Shown here piece after piece: positions 20,684-29,557 of a stretch of DNA of 64,000 bases (positions within the stretch are counted from its first letter, which is position 1; every line of letters begins with the position of its first letter). Below the pieces are notes generated by a model, which saw only the letters and a list, made by a program, of their open reading frames with translations, ran no database searches and was not told the DNA's origin. Source of the DNA: an uncultured Afipia sp. Lineage in GTDB: Bacteria; Pseudomonadota; Alphaproteobacteria; Rhizobiales; Xanthobacteraceae. The position numbers and the translations under genes were made by a program. The stretch is from NCBI GenBank assembly GCA_964594185.1, contig CAZQMD010000001.1, forward strand, positions 1,585 to 65,584, read 5' to 3'.

Positions 20684-20760
20684 GAGCACTCGCATGGTGA
20701 TGTCCTGACAATCGTGCGGCCAACGCTTCGGGAGCACACATCAAAAAAGGAATTGAACCC

Positions 20761-21549
20761 ATGAGCGCACGACCAAGCGAAAAACTTCAGGCCATGCTCA
20801 ATAAAGTCCCGGAAGTTACGCTGGCCTTCTGGGTCATCAAGATCATGTCGACCACTGTCGGTGAAACCGGCGCAGACTATCTGGCGGTCCATGTCGGATT
20901 GGGCACCGCCGCCACCGGCGCAATCATGATTGCGCTGCTCGCTGCTATACTGTTTCTACAAGTGCGGGCACGACGCTATGTGCCTTGGATTTATTGGCTG
21001 ACAGTGGTGCTGGTGAGCATCGTCGGCACCCAGATTACCGATGCCCTGACCGATGGCTTAGGGGTTAGTCTTTATGTGAGCACGGCGGCATTCGCCGCAG
21101 CCCTGTCAGCGACGTTCGCAGCTTGGTATTGGAGCGAACGCACGCTCTCGATCCACTCCATCGTTACGAGGCGACGCGAGCTGTTCTATTGGCTGGCAAT
21201 TTTGTTCACCTTCGCACTGGGCACAGCCTCGGGCGATCTCGCCACCGAAGCGCTCGGGCTCGGATTTACACTCGGCACCGTGGTGTTCGGCGCATTGATT
21301 GCCGTCATTGGTGCTGCCAACGCGCTTGGGGCAAATTCTGTCCTGACCTTCTGGCTTGCCTATATCCTCACCCGGCCGCTAGGCGCTTCACTCGGCGATC
21401 TGATGTCGCAGGCGCACGAATATGGCGGTTTGGGTCTCGGCACGCTCTATACCAGCCTCGGGTTTCTTGCCGTCATCGTCGCACTCCTAATCTACCTTAG
21501 CGTAAACGACAGACATGCTCGCCGCCGACGCATCGCAGGCATAGCCTGA
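20761..21549 (+). CDS. COG4705 (DUF347 repeat) membrane protein
   Basis: KVPEVTLAFWVIKIMSTTVGET, ALGTASGD and LTRPLGAS motifs. Confidence 0.85.
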   Translation: MSARPSEKLQAMLNKVPEVTLAFWVIKIMSTTVGETGADYLAVHVGLGTAATGAIMIALLAAILFLQVRARRYVPWIYWLTVVLVSIVGTQITDALTDGLGVSLYVSTAAFAAALSATFAAWYWSERTLSIHSIVTRRRELFYWLAILFTFALGTASGDLATEALGLGFTLGTVVFGALIAVIGAANALGANSVLTFWLAYILTRPLGASLGDLMSQAHEYGGLGLGTLYTSLGFLAVIVALLIYLSVNDRHARRRRIAGIA

Positions 21550-21628
21550 TGCTCGTATGTTTTATCGCTTCCATTTCCAACCAAGGGTCTCGCGATGATG
21601 CGCACCCTTTAACAACAGGAGACACTCC

Positions 21629-22033
21629 GTGAAAAATCGAAGGCTATTTTTGTCAGCGGGCATCTTGGCTGCGCTTGCTGGACCCGCATCGTTCGGGTCA
21701 ATGATTGCGGTGTCGTTATTCGTGCCGACCCAAGCGGTAGCGGCTTCCAAGCTTGGCGATCTCTCGAAGTTTCGTACTATCGCTGCCGACAGCGCCGGCC
21801 TTGTTGGCAAAGGCGATCTTGCGGGGGCAAAGACGCGCATCAAGGATTTGGAAATGGCGTGGGATGAAGCGGAAGCGGGATTGAAGCCGCGTGACGCCGC
21901 CACTTGGCACGTCATCGACAAAGCGATCGACCGCGCACTTTCGGCGCTGCGTGCCAGCACCCCGGATGCGGGCAGTTGCAAGCAATCATTGGACGATTTA
22001 CTTGCGACCTTGAATGCCACTGGGAATCCCTAA
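21629..22033 (+). CDS. Exported helical hypothetical protein
   Basis: Signal peptide; [13 protein letters not shown] motif; AGGAG ribosome-binding site. Confidence 0.7.
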   Translation: MKNRRLFLSAGILAALAGPASFGSMIAVSLFVPTQAVAASKLGDLSKFRTIAADSAGLVGKGDLAGAKTRIKDLEMAWDEAEAGLKPRDAATWHVIDKAIDRALSALRASTPDAGSCKQSLDDLLATLNATGNP

Positions 22034-22097
22034 ACAATCGATAATCGCCCGATGACATGCATTGGGGCGTAGCGGTAGCTAACTGCTTACCGCTCAA

Positions 22098-22880
22098 ATG
22101 ACTTTGCTAAAGGAATACGATTTGCAAAACCTTCTGAATAATCATGCGGCCAAAGTGCCCGCCGTCACTCTCGCTTTCTGGATTATAAAAATCTTGGCCA
22201 CGACCCTCGGTGAGACCGGCGGCGACGCCGTAACCATGTCGATGAATCTTGGGTACTTGGTAGGAACCGCCATTTTTGCCGCAATCGTTTTCGCGGCAGT
22301 AGCGGCTCAGATTGCAGTCAAGCGGTTTCATCCCTCGCTTTATTGGTTCGTGATTATCGCGACCACTACGGCGGGCACCACGCTTGCCGATTACGTCGAT
22401 CGGTCTCTCGGCATCGGCTATCTCGGCGGCTCCTCGTTGCTTGCGGCAATGCTCATTCTGTCCCTCTTTCTTTGGTATCGCACGTTGGGTTCGGTCTCAG
22501 TTAGCTCCATTACCTCCCCCAAGGCAGAAGTGTTCTATTGGGCCACCATCATGTTTTCGCAAACGCTTGGAACAGCACTCGGAGACTGGGTGGCAGATTC
22601 AACCGGACTCGGTTATCGCGGCGGCGCGCTGGTATTCGCGTTTGGTCTTGCAATCGTGGCCGCTGCTTACTACTGGACATCAATCTCACGCACAGTCCTT
22701 TTCTGGGCCGCCTTTGTGCTCACTCGCCCCCTCGGCGCGACCGTCGGCGATTTTCTGGACAAGCCGCTTGATCACGGCGGATTGGCGCTCAGTCGGTACA
22801 CCGCTTCCGCCGTGCTTGCGGCACTAATTGTTGCCCTCATCACGCTTCTACCAAAGCAAACAAGTAAGCATCCAAGTTGA
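22098..22880 (+). CDS. COG4705 (DUF347 repeat) membrane protein, second paralog
   Basis: KVPAVTLAFWIIKILATTLGET and LTRPLGAT motifs. Confidence 0.85.
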   Translation: MTLLKEYDLQNLLNNHAAKVPAVTLAFWIIKILATTLGETGGDAVTMSMNLGYLVGTAIFAAIVFAAVAAQIAVKRFHPSLYWFVIIATTTAGTTLADYVDRSLGIGYLGGSSLLAAMLILSLFLWYRTLGSVSVSSITSPKAEVFYWATIMFSQTLGTALGDWVADSTGLGYRGGALVFAFGLAIVAAAYYWTSISRTVLFWAAFVLTRPLGATVGDFLDKPLDHGGLALSRYTASAVLAALIVALITLLPKQTSKHPS

Positions 22881-22937
22881 TCAGGATGGATTGAGGCTAC
22901 CGTTCTTCGTATAGCGCATCATTTCGCTTCAAAATTA

Positions 22938-25346
22938 TCAAAAGCGTTCAGTCGGTGGCACATACTGTTCGGGTGGGATTGAATCGAAGGGGCAGCCCTT
23001 CGCATACATATTTCCAATGTTGATGGCGGCGTTCGTTTGAAACTGCAAGTCGTTGAGATAAGGATTGTCGATAATCTTGAAAATCAAATCGAACAATTCG
23101 GGTGCATACTGTTTTATGGGTTCGTCTTTCTTCCTTCGCATAGACTGCCTGTTCCCATCCTTATCAATCCAACGGTCACTCGTGATGGTCAGACCAAGCT
23201 CCCTCAGCCTCGTCATCAGTACATCATCCTCTGAGCGCCATTTCGTGACCAGTGGGAGCGTCGGGGTACGATCCTCATTGAAGGCATTGACAGGAATTGC
23301 ACAGTATCGCTCCGCAAAATAGATGAGGTGATTCATCTGCGGCACTTCCAGCTCTGCCTTGGTATCCGTGCAATAATTCATGTGCGTGCGAATGTAGGAT
23401 TTGTAGCGATCACACCATTCTGGATTCCGCTTCTGCATGTGCTCGCCTTCACCAATCCGGTTCGGGCCTCTGACAAATTCAGGGCGCGGTATCTTTGGCG
23501 GGCCAACGGGTACTGGCGGCGGCACATAAACTGGTGCGACGGGTGGTCGCACGACTTCAGCCACTTTGGGCGGCGGCGATGACGGCCAAAGCCAGAAACC
23601 GAGAAGCAATACGGCAACGCAAGCGGCGACGATTTTGTGAAGTCTATAGGAAGGCTTCGCTACAACGACCGGCTCGGGGGGAGGAAGTGCCCGTGGCTGC
23701 GGCGGTGGCGGAGCCAGCGCAAGCGGTATTCCTTCATATCGCCACTCAAAAGTTTCGCGTTCGCTTTCATCGCGGGGTTCGCGCCCAATGGTGCCGAGAA
23801 TATCGGGCAGGCTGAAGTGTGGCAGCGATTTCGCGTATGTGGAAAAATGCCGACGCTGCGCGTACACAAGCGGCAGTCCGCGAAAAAAGATGATTTGCTC
23901 ATTATCTCGAAGGCGGCGAATTTCATCGGCGAACATCACGGGGCGGCCAATGTAGGCGGTCGTCTCGCCTTCCGTCTGGGTCACGCCAAAGGTGTCGGTA
24001 ATGCCCGAAGTGTGCGTGGTGCCGTAGTTGGATGACGATCCCTGCTGGTTCGATGAACTGCCAGAATTATGCGCGGTGCTTTCGTTGAACGCCTTGCTCT
24101 CACTTTTAGCACTGCTGGCGCTGAACGATTTGTTTTGCACGGTCGCCGTGCCGCTCATTTCCGAAAGATATTTGGTGGTGAAATTATCATTCAGTGCGAA
24201 GGCGCGAATGAAGGTGGCGTTGATAAAGGTTTCCCACTTCTCGCCATAGACACCGCGAAGCTGCGTAAAATCCTGTGTCGCAAGGTGATACTGAATGTCG
24301 TATCCACGCGCCACGGTAATGTCATTATAGACAAACGACATCTCACCCAGGTTTGTAAATTCATCGATGATGATGTGGCGGCGGTGCTGATATTCTCCGT
24401 TTTTGTCCTTTACGCGATAGCGCTTGAACGCATTGGAGAACGTGGCAACGATAAGCCGGAGCCACGATTTTTGCGTCATAAAGTATTCTGGCGGTATCAC
24501 CACATGAATACGCGCCGTCCCCACCGCAAGTGACGGCAAGTCAAGGCTGCGGCGACTCGATGTGACATCGCGCATCTGCGGGCTTTCCAGCCACGCCGTA
24601 TCACGTTCGATGGTGCTGATAATGCCTGCGCGCTCGTTATCGCTGCGGCCTATCAGTCCGTTGACACCTCGCCGCACCGTGCCATCTGCCAGCGGACTGT
24701 CAGAAAGGAATGCAAGGAAGTCTTTCCACTTGTCCTGCCGCTGCGTGATGAGTTCACGCAAGCGAAAGATGGTGCGGGTCTTTTTCTCTTCGCGGTCAAG
24801 CGCAACAAAAAGAATAAGCGCCATCAAAAAATTGCGACCCGTTGTATCCCAATGGGCGCTATCCGCGCCTGTTGGGACAATCATCGCATCGGCCAGAACC
24901 CGCGCGTCGTCAACGAGGCGCGGGTTGTCTTCCGTTAGCCCGTCAAAAAAATTGAGTGTCGAACCAAACTCTTTCGCAGCGCCCGTGTCATCCCACGGAT
25001 CAAGCAGTAAGACTTGCTGCGTGCCATCGAAAGCGCGTTGGTAAGTCGGACCCAATGCGCGGGCAATTTCACCCTTGGGGTCGATGATAAGGGCGCAATT
25101 CTGGATGGATTGTGGCACAAGAAGCAGCGGGCCGAGAGCTGATACGAATTTGCCGCCTCCCGTACCGCCGATGATGAGCTGGTGAAGCTGCCCTTTGTAG
25201 CGAAGAAAATGCTCCTCAACGCCGTTGAAAACGGAGCCGATCATCAATCCTTCGGTCTCGTGATCCGAAAGATTATCGCGGCGGATTAACCCTGCGAGCA
25301 ACAGCTCTTGATGAGCGGCAACACGCGCACTGCCAAATGTAGTCAA
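22938..25346 (-). CDS. virD4: VirD4/TraG-like type IV coupling protein with C-terminal TM and extra domain
   Basis: GGTGGGK Walker A; IIDPKGE; IIDEFTNLG Walker B; ARGY..QD; RPVMFADEIRRL. Confidence 0.8.
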   Translation of the reverse strand: MTTFGSARVAAHQELLLAGLIRRDNLSDHETEGLMIGSVFNGVEEHFLRYKGQLHQLIIGGTGGGKFVSALGPLLLVPQSIQNCALIIDPKGEIARALGPTYQRAFDGTQQVLLLDPWDDTGAAKEFGSTLNFFDGLTEDNPRLVDDARVLADAMIVPTGADSAHWDTTGRNFLMALILFVALDREEKKTRTIFRLRELITQRQDKWKDFLAFLSDSPLADGTVRRGVNGLIGRSDNERAGIISTIERDTAWLESPQMRDVTSSRRSLDLPSLAVGTARIHVVIPPEYFMTQKSWLRLIVATFSNAFKRYRVKDKNGEYQHRRHIIIDEFTNLGEMSFVYNDITVARGYDIQYHLATQDFTQLRGVYGEKWETFINATFIRAFALNDNFTTKYLSEMSGTATVQNKSFSASSAKSESKAFNESTAHNSGSSSNQQGSSSNYGTTHTSGITDTFGVTQTEGETTAYIGRPVMFADEIRRLRDNEQIIFFRGLPLVYAQRRHFSTYAKSLPHFSLPDILGTIGREPRDESERETFEWRYEGIPLALAPPPPQPRALPPPEPVVVAKPSYRLHKIVAACVAVLLLGFWLWPSSPPPKVAEVVRPPVAPVYVPPPVPVGPPKIPRPEFVRGPNRIGEGEHMQKRNPEWCDRYKSYIRTHMNYCTDTKAELEVPQMNHLIYFAERYCAIPVNAFNEDRTPTLPLVTKWRSEDDVLMTRLRELGLTITSDRWIDKDGNRQSMRRKKDEPIKQYAPELFDLIFKIIDNPYLNDLQFQTNAAINIGNMYAKGCPFDSIPPEQYVPPTERF

Positions 25347-25348
25347 GC

Positions 25349-26071
25349 CTACCGCCCCCGATCATGATCACGATCTTCACTGCGCTCCATATCCGCTCGC
25401 AGAGCACGCGCCTCGTCCGTCATTTCTTTTTGCCACCGGCTGGAATCTTTTTCCTGCTGCGCGTCAGTTCGTTCGCGCGCCTCTTCGCGCTCCTGCCGTT
25501 CGGAAGAGCGGTCAGTCTTTTCATCGCGCGTCACAAGTTGCTGTTCTTTCGCCCGTTCGATCCAATCGTCTCTCACTTGCTGTTCTTGCTCGTTACGTTC
25601 GGCGGCAACTTGCTTGCGTTGTTCCTCCCGCGCATATTCCTGCGGATCAGCGATCTGCATGACACCCGCCCGTTCTTCGGATCGTTCTTCTCGGGCTTGG
25701 TCTTCGCGTTCGCGGCGTTCGAATTCAGTCTTCTGCCACTCGAAGCGCTTGTATCTTTCCAGCTCGACGTCCTGTCTGGCTTGGTCCTGTGTTTTCTCCA
25801 GTTCGGCGTCACGGCGCTTGGTATCTTGATCGATCTCAGGCTGTCGCGTGTCTTCTTGTTCCGGCCCGTTGGCTTGCCGTTCCTCGGCGGCGATACGCGC
25901 ATGGTGGTCATTGAGGGGCTGGTAGGGATTGATGCCCCTGTCATCGATGCCTTTGTCCCGGTCACCTTCCGCGAGTTTCTGCTCGCGCGCCTGTTCCACC
26001 TCGCGCAATCGCTGTTCTTCAACGATCTGCTGGTGCGTCAGGTCCAATGGCTCGTAACGAGGATCGCTCAT
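25349..26071 (-). CDS. Highly charged (E/R/Q-rich) protein, candidate T4SS substrate
   Basis: Coiled-coil composition; C-terminus resembles the relaxase C-terminus; ends 2 bp before virD4. Confidence 0.65.
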   Translation of the reverse strand: MSDPRYEPLDLTHQQIVEEQRLREVEQAREQKLAEGDRDKGIDDRGINPYQPLNDHHARIAAEERQANGPEQEDTRQPEIDQDTKRRDAELEKTQDQARQDVELERYKRFEWQKTEFERREREDQAREERSEERAGVMQIADPQEYAREEQRKQVAAERNEQEQQVRDDWIERAKEQQLVTRDEKTDRSSERQEREEARERTDAQQEKDSSRWQKEMTDEARALRADMERSEDRDHDRGR

Positions 26072-26136
26072 CGCCGTACCTTGTCCGAAGGTCACGGGGC
26101 TGAAGATGCCCTAGAGCGAGGATAAAGGATAGAGGA

Positions 26137-26457
26137 TCAGGATTTCTGTTGAAGGTTTTTATGCTTATCGAAGACGCGATCAAGCTCGATGTCGAATTCG
26201 GCCTGCTTGGGAAAGACGGCATAGTACGCTGGATAAATTCGATTGCCGTGCTTCTCAAGAACGCGGTCGATGGATGCAAACTGTCGCTCGCAATAGTTGC
26301 GATCTTCCGTGGTTATCTTTTTGAGCTGAGCATTCTGCTCAGATAATTGATTGCATCGCTTCAACAGCGAATTGAACATGCTGAGTGTGCGCTCCAATTC
26401 CTGCTTCTGCTCTTTTACTTCTTCTTCGAGCGCTTCAATTCGTTTGTCATTGAACAT
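26137..26457 (-). CDS. Coiled-coil hypothetical protein
   Basis: GGAGG ribosome-binding site; heptad pattern. Confidence 0.6.
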   Translation of the reverse strand: MFNDKRIEALEEEVKEQKQELERTLSMFNSLLKRCNQLSEQNAQLKKITTEDRNYCERQFASIDRVLEKHGNRIYPAYYAVFPKQAEFDIELDRVFDKHKNLQQKS

Positions 26458-26510
26458 ACGGCCTCCATTAGCAATGAGGTCATTCTACGATATTTCGGCC
26501 TCTTATGGAA

Positions 26511-26753
26511 TCACCGTTTTGGTGTGAGCGTGTGGTTGCTGCCACGTCCACGATTGCGTGAACGGGTTGGCTCCGGTGTTTTGCGTGTGGTGAGGGCAAT
26601 GGCGGCGGCTCGATAGGCCGCAGTCAGCTTTCGTGCCTCTTCACCGTAAGCCGAACGGGCGTGTGCCTCGCGCTCCTCCAAGGTTCGCAATGCGGCGGCT
26701 TCTTCCGCCTTCACGGTATCGCGCATTCCACGCTGAAGATGCGCCGGTAACAT
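26511..26753 (-). CDS. Hypothetical protein, true start unclear
   Basis: Helical Ala/Glu/Arg-rich ORF with basic tail; frame open back to about 26925. Confidence 0.35.
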   Translation of the reverse strand: MLPAHLQRGMRDTVKAEEAAALRTLEEREAHARSAYGEEARKLTAAYRAAAIALTTRKTPEPTRSRNRGRGSNHTLTPKR

Positions 26754-26881
26754 ATCGATAGCCGCGAACTTCGCGGCGAAAAGAGTGATGATGGCGGAGC
26801 GCTCTGCTCCGTAGGTAGAGAACCGGCGGGACTTGGCCCCATCCGATGCGGGCGGCCGTGCGGGCCGCTGACGGTGCCCGC

Positions 26882-27847
26882 TTATCGGTCCAGTTCGGGT
26901 CCGCTTTTTTGTTCGCGGTCCATTTCACCGCGCAACTTGCTCGCGTCTTCCGACATTTCTCTTCTCCATCGGTTCGGCGCACCGCCTATCTGACGATCGC
27001 GCATCGACGTGCTGGCTTGTTGCTCCTGCGCTTTTCGTACCCACTCATTCGCGGCGCGTTCCTGCGCGACCAATCCGGCGCGGTCGGTCCAATCCAGTTC
27101 AGGTCGTTCGCTACTGAGTGCGCGATACCGATTGCGTTCTTTGATTTCGTCATTCGCTTCATGGCGGGTTTTGCCGCCATCGATGGAGGGATAGTCGATG
27201 ACAATCGGCTTCAGCCCGCCATCGACAATCCGTCCCACTTCGCGCGGGGTGCTATCGGGCCGTTCGCCGCGTTCGGTGAGCTGGCGGGCAGCCTGTCCGA
27301 CATGGATTTCAGCCTCCCGTTTGAGGCCTTGCGCTTCCAGCGTTCGGCGGTCCACGCGGACCTCAAGACCAGCCCGTTCGAGGGCGGTATTGACCCGTTC
27401 TTCCCACGCGATACGGATGCGCTCGGTGCTGCCCTTTTCGGACAGTTCCATGACCCGTTTTCCGGTCTCAAAATCGCGGTCCCGGAGGATGATATGGGCA
27501 TGGGGATTGTCGGCATCCCCGATCCCGTCATGGATCCCTGCCACCCACGAAGCCCGCCCCTTGGTCAGGCCTTCCGCGAACTCCGTGACCAATTCCGCGT
27601 TCTGGGCATGGGTCAGTTCGCGGGGTAGAGCCACCATCACCTTGTCGATGACGCGGGCGTTTTTCCGGTCCTTGTCTTCCTGGCCGTCAAGCCACGCATA
27701 CAGCTCATCCCGTTCGGTCGGCATCCGGCGCCCGAGCACCTGCGTGCAGGCCTCGTCACGGGTGATGTAGCGGGCATTGGCGCTGGCGGTGCGAGGGGCG
27801 TGAGTCGTCCGCCCCACGGTGCTATGATTGAGACTGAAGATCGCCAC
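26882..27847 (-). CDS. mobA: MobA/MobL (MOBQ) relaxase
   Basis: MAIFSL start; ARYITR catalytic Tyr; RKNARV..ALPREL; H....NPHAHI HUH motif; RVDRRTLEAQG. Confidence 0.9.
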   Translation of the reverse strand: MAIFSLNHSTVGRTTHAPRTASANARYITRDEACTQVLGRRMPTERDELYAWLDGQEDKDRKNARVIDKVMVALPRELTHAQNAELVTEFAEGLTKGRASWVAGIHDGIGDADNPHAHIILRDRDFETGKRVMELSEKGSTERIRIAWEERVNTALERAGLEVRVDRRTLEAQGLKREAEIHVGQAARQLTERGERPDSTPREVGRIVDGGLKPIVIDYPSIDGGKTRHEANDEIKERNRYRALSSERPELDWTDRAGLVAQERAANEWVRKAQEQQASTSMRDRQIGGAPNRWRREMSEDASKLRGEMDREQKSGPELDR

Positions 27848-27921
27848 GGCGTCTCCTTTGCTGCGAGGGTGCCGGGCTACGTTCCGGCTCCGTTACCGCC
27901 CATTGGCGGCTCTGGCTGCAC

Positions 27922-27954
27922 GGGTTTGGGACAAACCCATAAGTGCGCCCTCAC
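27922..27954 (+). other. MOBQ-type origin of transfer (oriT); predicted nic between 27947 and 27948
   Basis: Inverted repeat GGGTTTG-GGA-CAAACCC followed by TAAGTGCGCCCT, the RSF1010/MOBQ core; just upstream of the relaxase. Confidence 0.88.
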
Positions 27955-28305
27955 AATCTTAACTATTCTTACTTTCTTATTTACGAATTAACAAATGCAC
28001 CCCAATACCGCCGCTCGAAACCGGCCCCGGGTTAACCAAACACTCCCCCGGATTGCCTTGCCTTCACCTCCGACCCGTCCGCCGTCAGGCTCTACCCCGG
28101 GTCGGGCGTCCTGCTGCTGCGCGGGTGGTCTAACGGGCGGTTCTAGTTCCCTCCGGCGATCCGGAATCCCGCGTCCCTTACCCCTCCCGAAACCGCACCG
28201 GCAGGTGACCTCATTCTGGCCTCCAACGACGCTAGACTAGTCGGCGCTGACCAAAATTCGGCCAAGGCACCCTTTCCATGCCGGGCCGGGGACGGTGCAT
28301 TTTCG

Positions 28306-28328
28306 GCGGCGGTCAGCCTGACCGCCGC
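28306..28328. repeat. Perfect 11-bp inverted repeat in the leading region
   Basis: GCGGCGGTCAG-C-CTGACCGCCGC. Confidence 0.7.
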
Positions 28329-28513
28329 ATTTGGGTAAGGCCCAAAAATCGGTCGCGCCTTCGGCGCGGACGACGAAAAGGCACCCAAAAAAAGATGCCC
28401 TCACGGGCAAGAAAAGAGCCTGCCAACAGGTGAGCAAGGGCTGGGTTCAGCGTGGGACGAACTGCAACGCAAATCAGACGGACGGGATAACCCCTCCGGC
28501 TGGTTGCTCCAGT

Positions 28514-28927
28514 TCAAGCGACAATATGTTCGTGCTCGCTGGCGATCTGAGCATAGGCTCCAAGCGGCTTATCGGCTTTGAAATACCGATCGCGTTCAAC
28601 CGGCAGGCCGAGCCTGCCGCGCACTGCGGCAAGTTCCGACAGGCTGACATAGCCAAGCTCTGGACAGCCAACGCCAAGGTCACAAAGACCAAAGGCGGTG
28701 TCTGGGTCAGCGGGGTCAATCTCGCTTAGAAGCCATGTGCAATTGGCATCGGGAGTGAAGAGTTTGACGACTGGTTGGAAGTCAATTTCTTCGTCTGTGC
28801 CGCGCACCTGATTTTGGCGTTGTCCATTGGACAGCAGTCGCTGACGCTGGGCTGAGGTGAAGAGGAGTTTCGCCTTGGCAGGCGCTTTCGCGCCTGCCTG
28901 TTTGGCGGATGTGCCGATGCCGCTCAT
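28514..28927 (-). CDS. DUF2958 family protein
   Basis: PVVKLFTPDANCTWLLSE, AFGLCDLG.G.PELGYVSLSEL and VERD motifs. Confidence 0.85.
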   Translation of the reverse strand: MSGIGTSAKQAGAKAPAKAKLLFTSAQRQRLLSNGQRQNQVRGTDEEIDFQPVVKLFTPDANCTWLLSEIDPADPDTAFGLCDLGVGCPELGYVSLSELAAVRGRLGLPVERDRYFKADKPLGAYAQIASEHEHIVA

Positions 28928-29133
28928 GCTGCACCTGCCTTCTTCGCTTGCGCGGTGCGGAGAACCAGAACGGCTCCCTCGGGCACTGCGGCAGAGAATT
29001 TCAGATTGAAGCCTTTGCCGTCTTTGTGGGGCCAGGCTGCGCCGATTTCGTCCCACGAAGTCTTCTCGGTTTCTTGCTTGGTGACATTGAAGACGCGATG
29101 CGTCGGGGCGGCCTTTTTGGTTTCGGTTGTCAT
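28924..29133 (-). CDS. Small conserved mobile-element protein, possibly ssDNA-binding
   Basis: WDEIGAAWPHKDGKGFNL motif; AAAGGA ribosome-binding site; ATGA overlap with DUF2958 gene. Confidence 0.7.
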   Translation of the reverse strand: MTTETKKAAPTHRVFNVTKQETEKTSWDEIGAAWPHKDGKGFNLKFSAAVPEGAVLVLRTAQAKKAGAA

Positions 29134-29168
29134 GGTTTTGTCCTTTCGTTTATGAGACCGCCTCAATG

Positions 29169-29344
29169 GCGACCTCGATGCCCGTTCAAAGGCCGAGGCG
29201 GACAAGCGGGGCTGTCACAAGCGAGCGTCCATTTTTTATGGGCGCTCCCCGAAGGGCGCGGAGCTGCACGGAGCATCGCGGAGGAAGCGAGCGGCTTTGA
29301 CAGCCACGCGCGCCTCGGCAGAACAGGGCAATATGAGAGGTCGC
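29169..29344. promoter_or_regulatory. Long imperfect hairpin, Frpo/ssi-like single-strand promoter candidate
   Basis: Nested pairings GCGACCTC/GAGGTCGC, GCCGAGGCG/CGCCTCGGC and GGCTGTCA/TGACAGCC; TTGACA at 29297. Confidence 0.6.
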
Positions 29345-29557
29345 GTTTGTAGCGGGATTCAATTTTAAAAAGGACAGTGGCGACAGAACCATCCGCCCCC
29401 GCCAACCGCATTTTCAGACACAATAAAAACGAGAACAATTCGGTGCGCATTTGCGCACCGAACAAAACGGCAGATAAAAAATCTGCAAGGCAACGCATTA
29501 GCCGGAAGCACTGCCGCGCCTCCGGCTAAACACGCCAGCGAACGGAATGGAGATTAG

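Noticed and set aside
14753..22934. 13-bp direct repeat TTTCGCTTCAAAA (14753 and 22922) flanking the cargo block
   Set aside because: Matches of this length are expected by chance in 64 kb, and the left copy lies between core and arm sites
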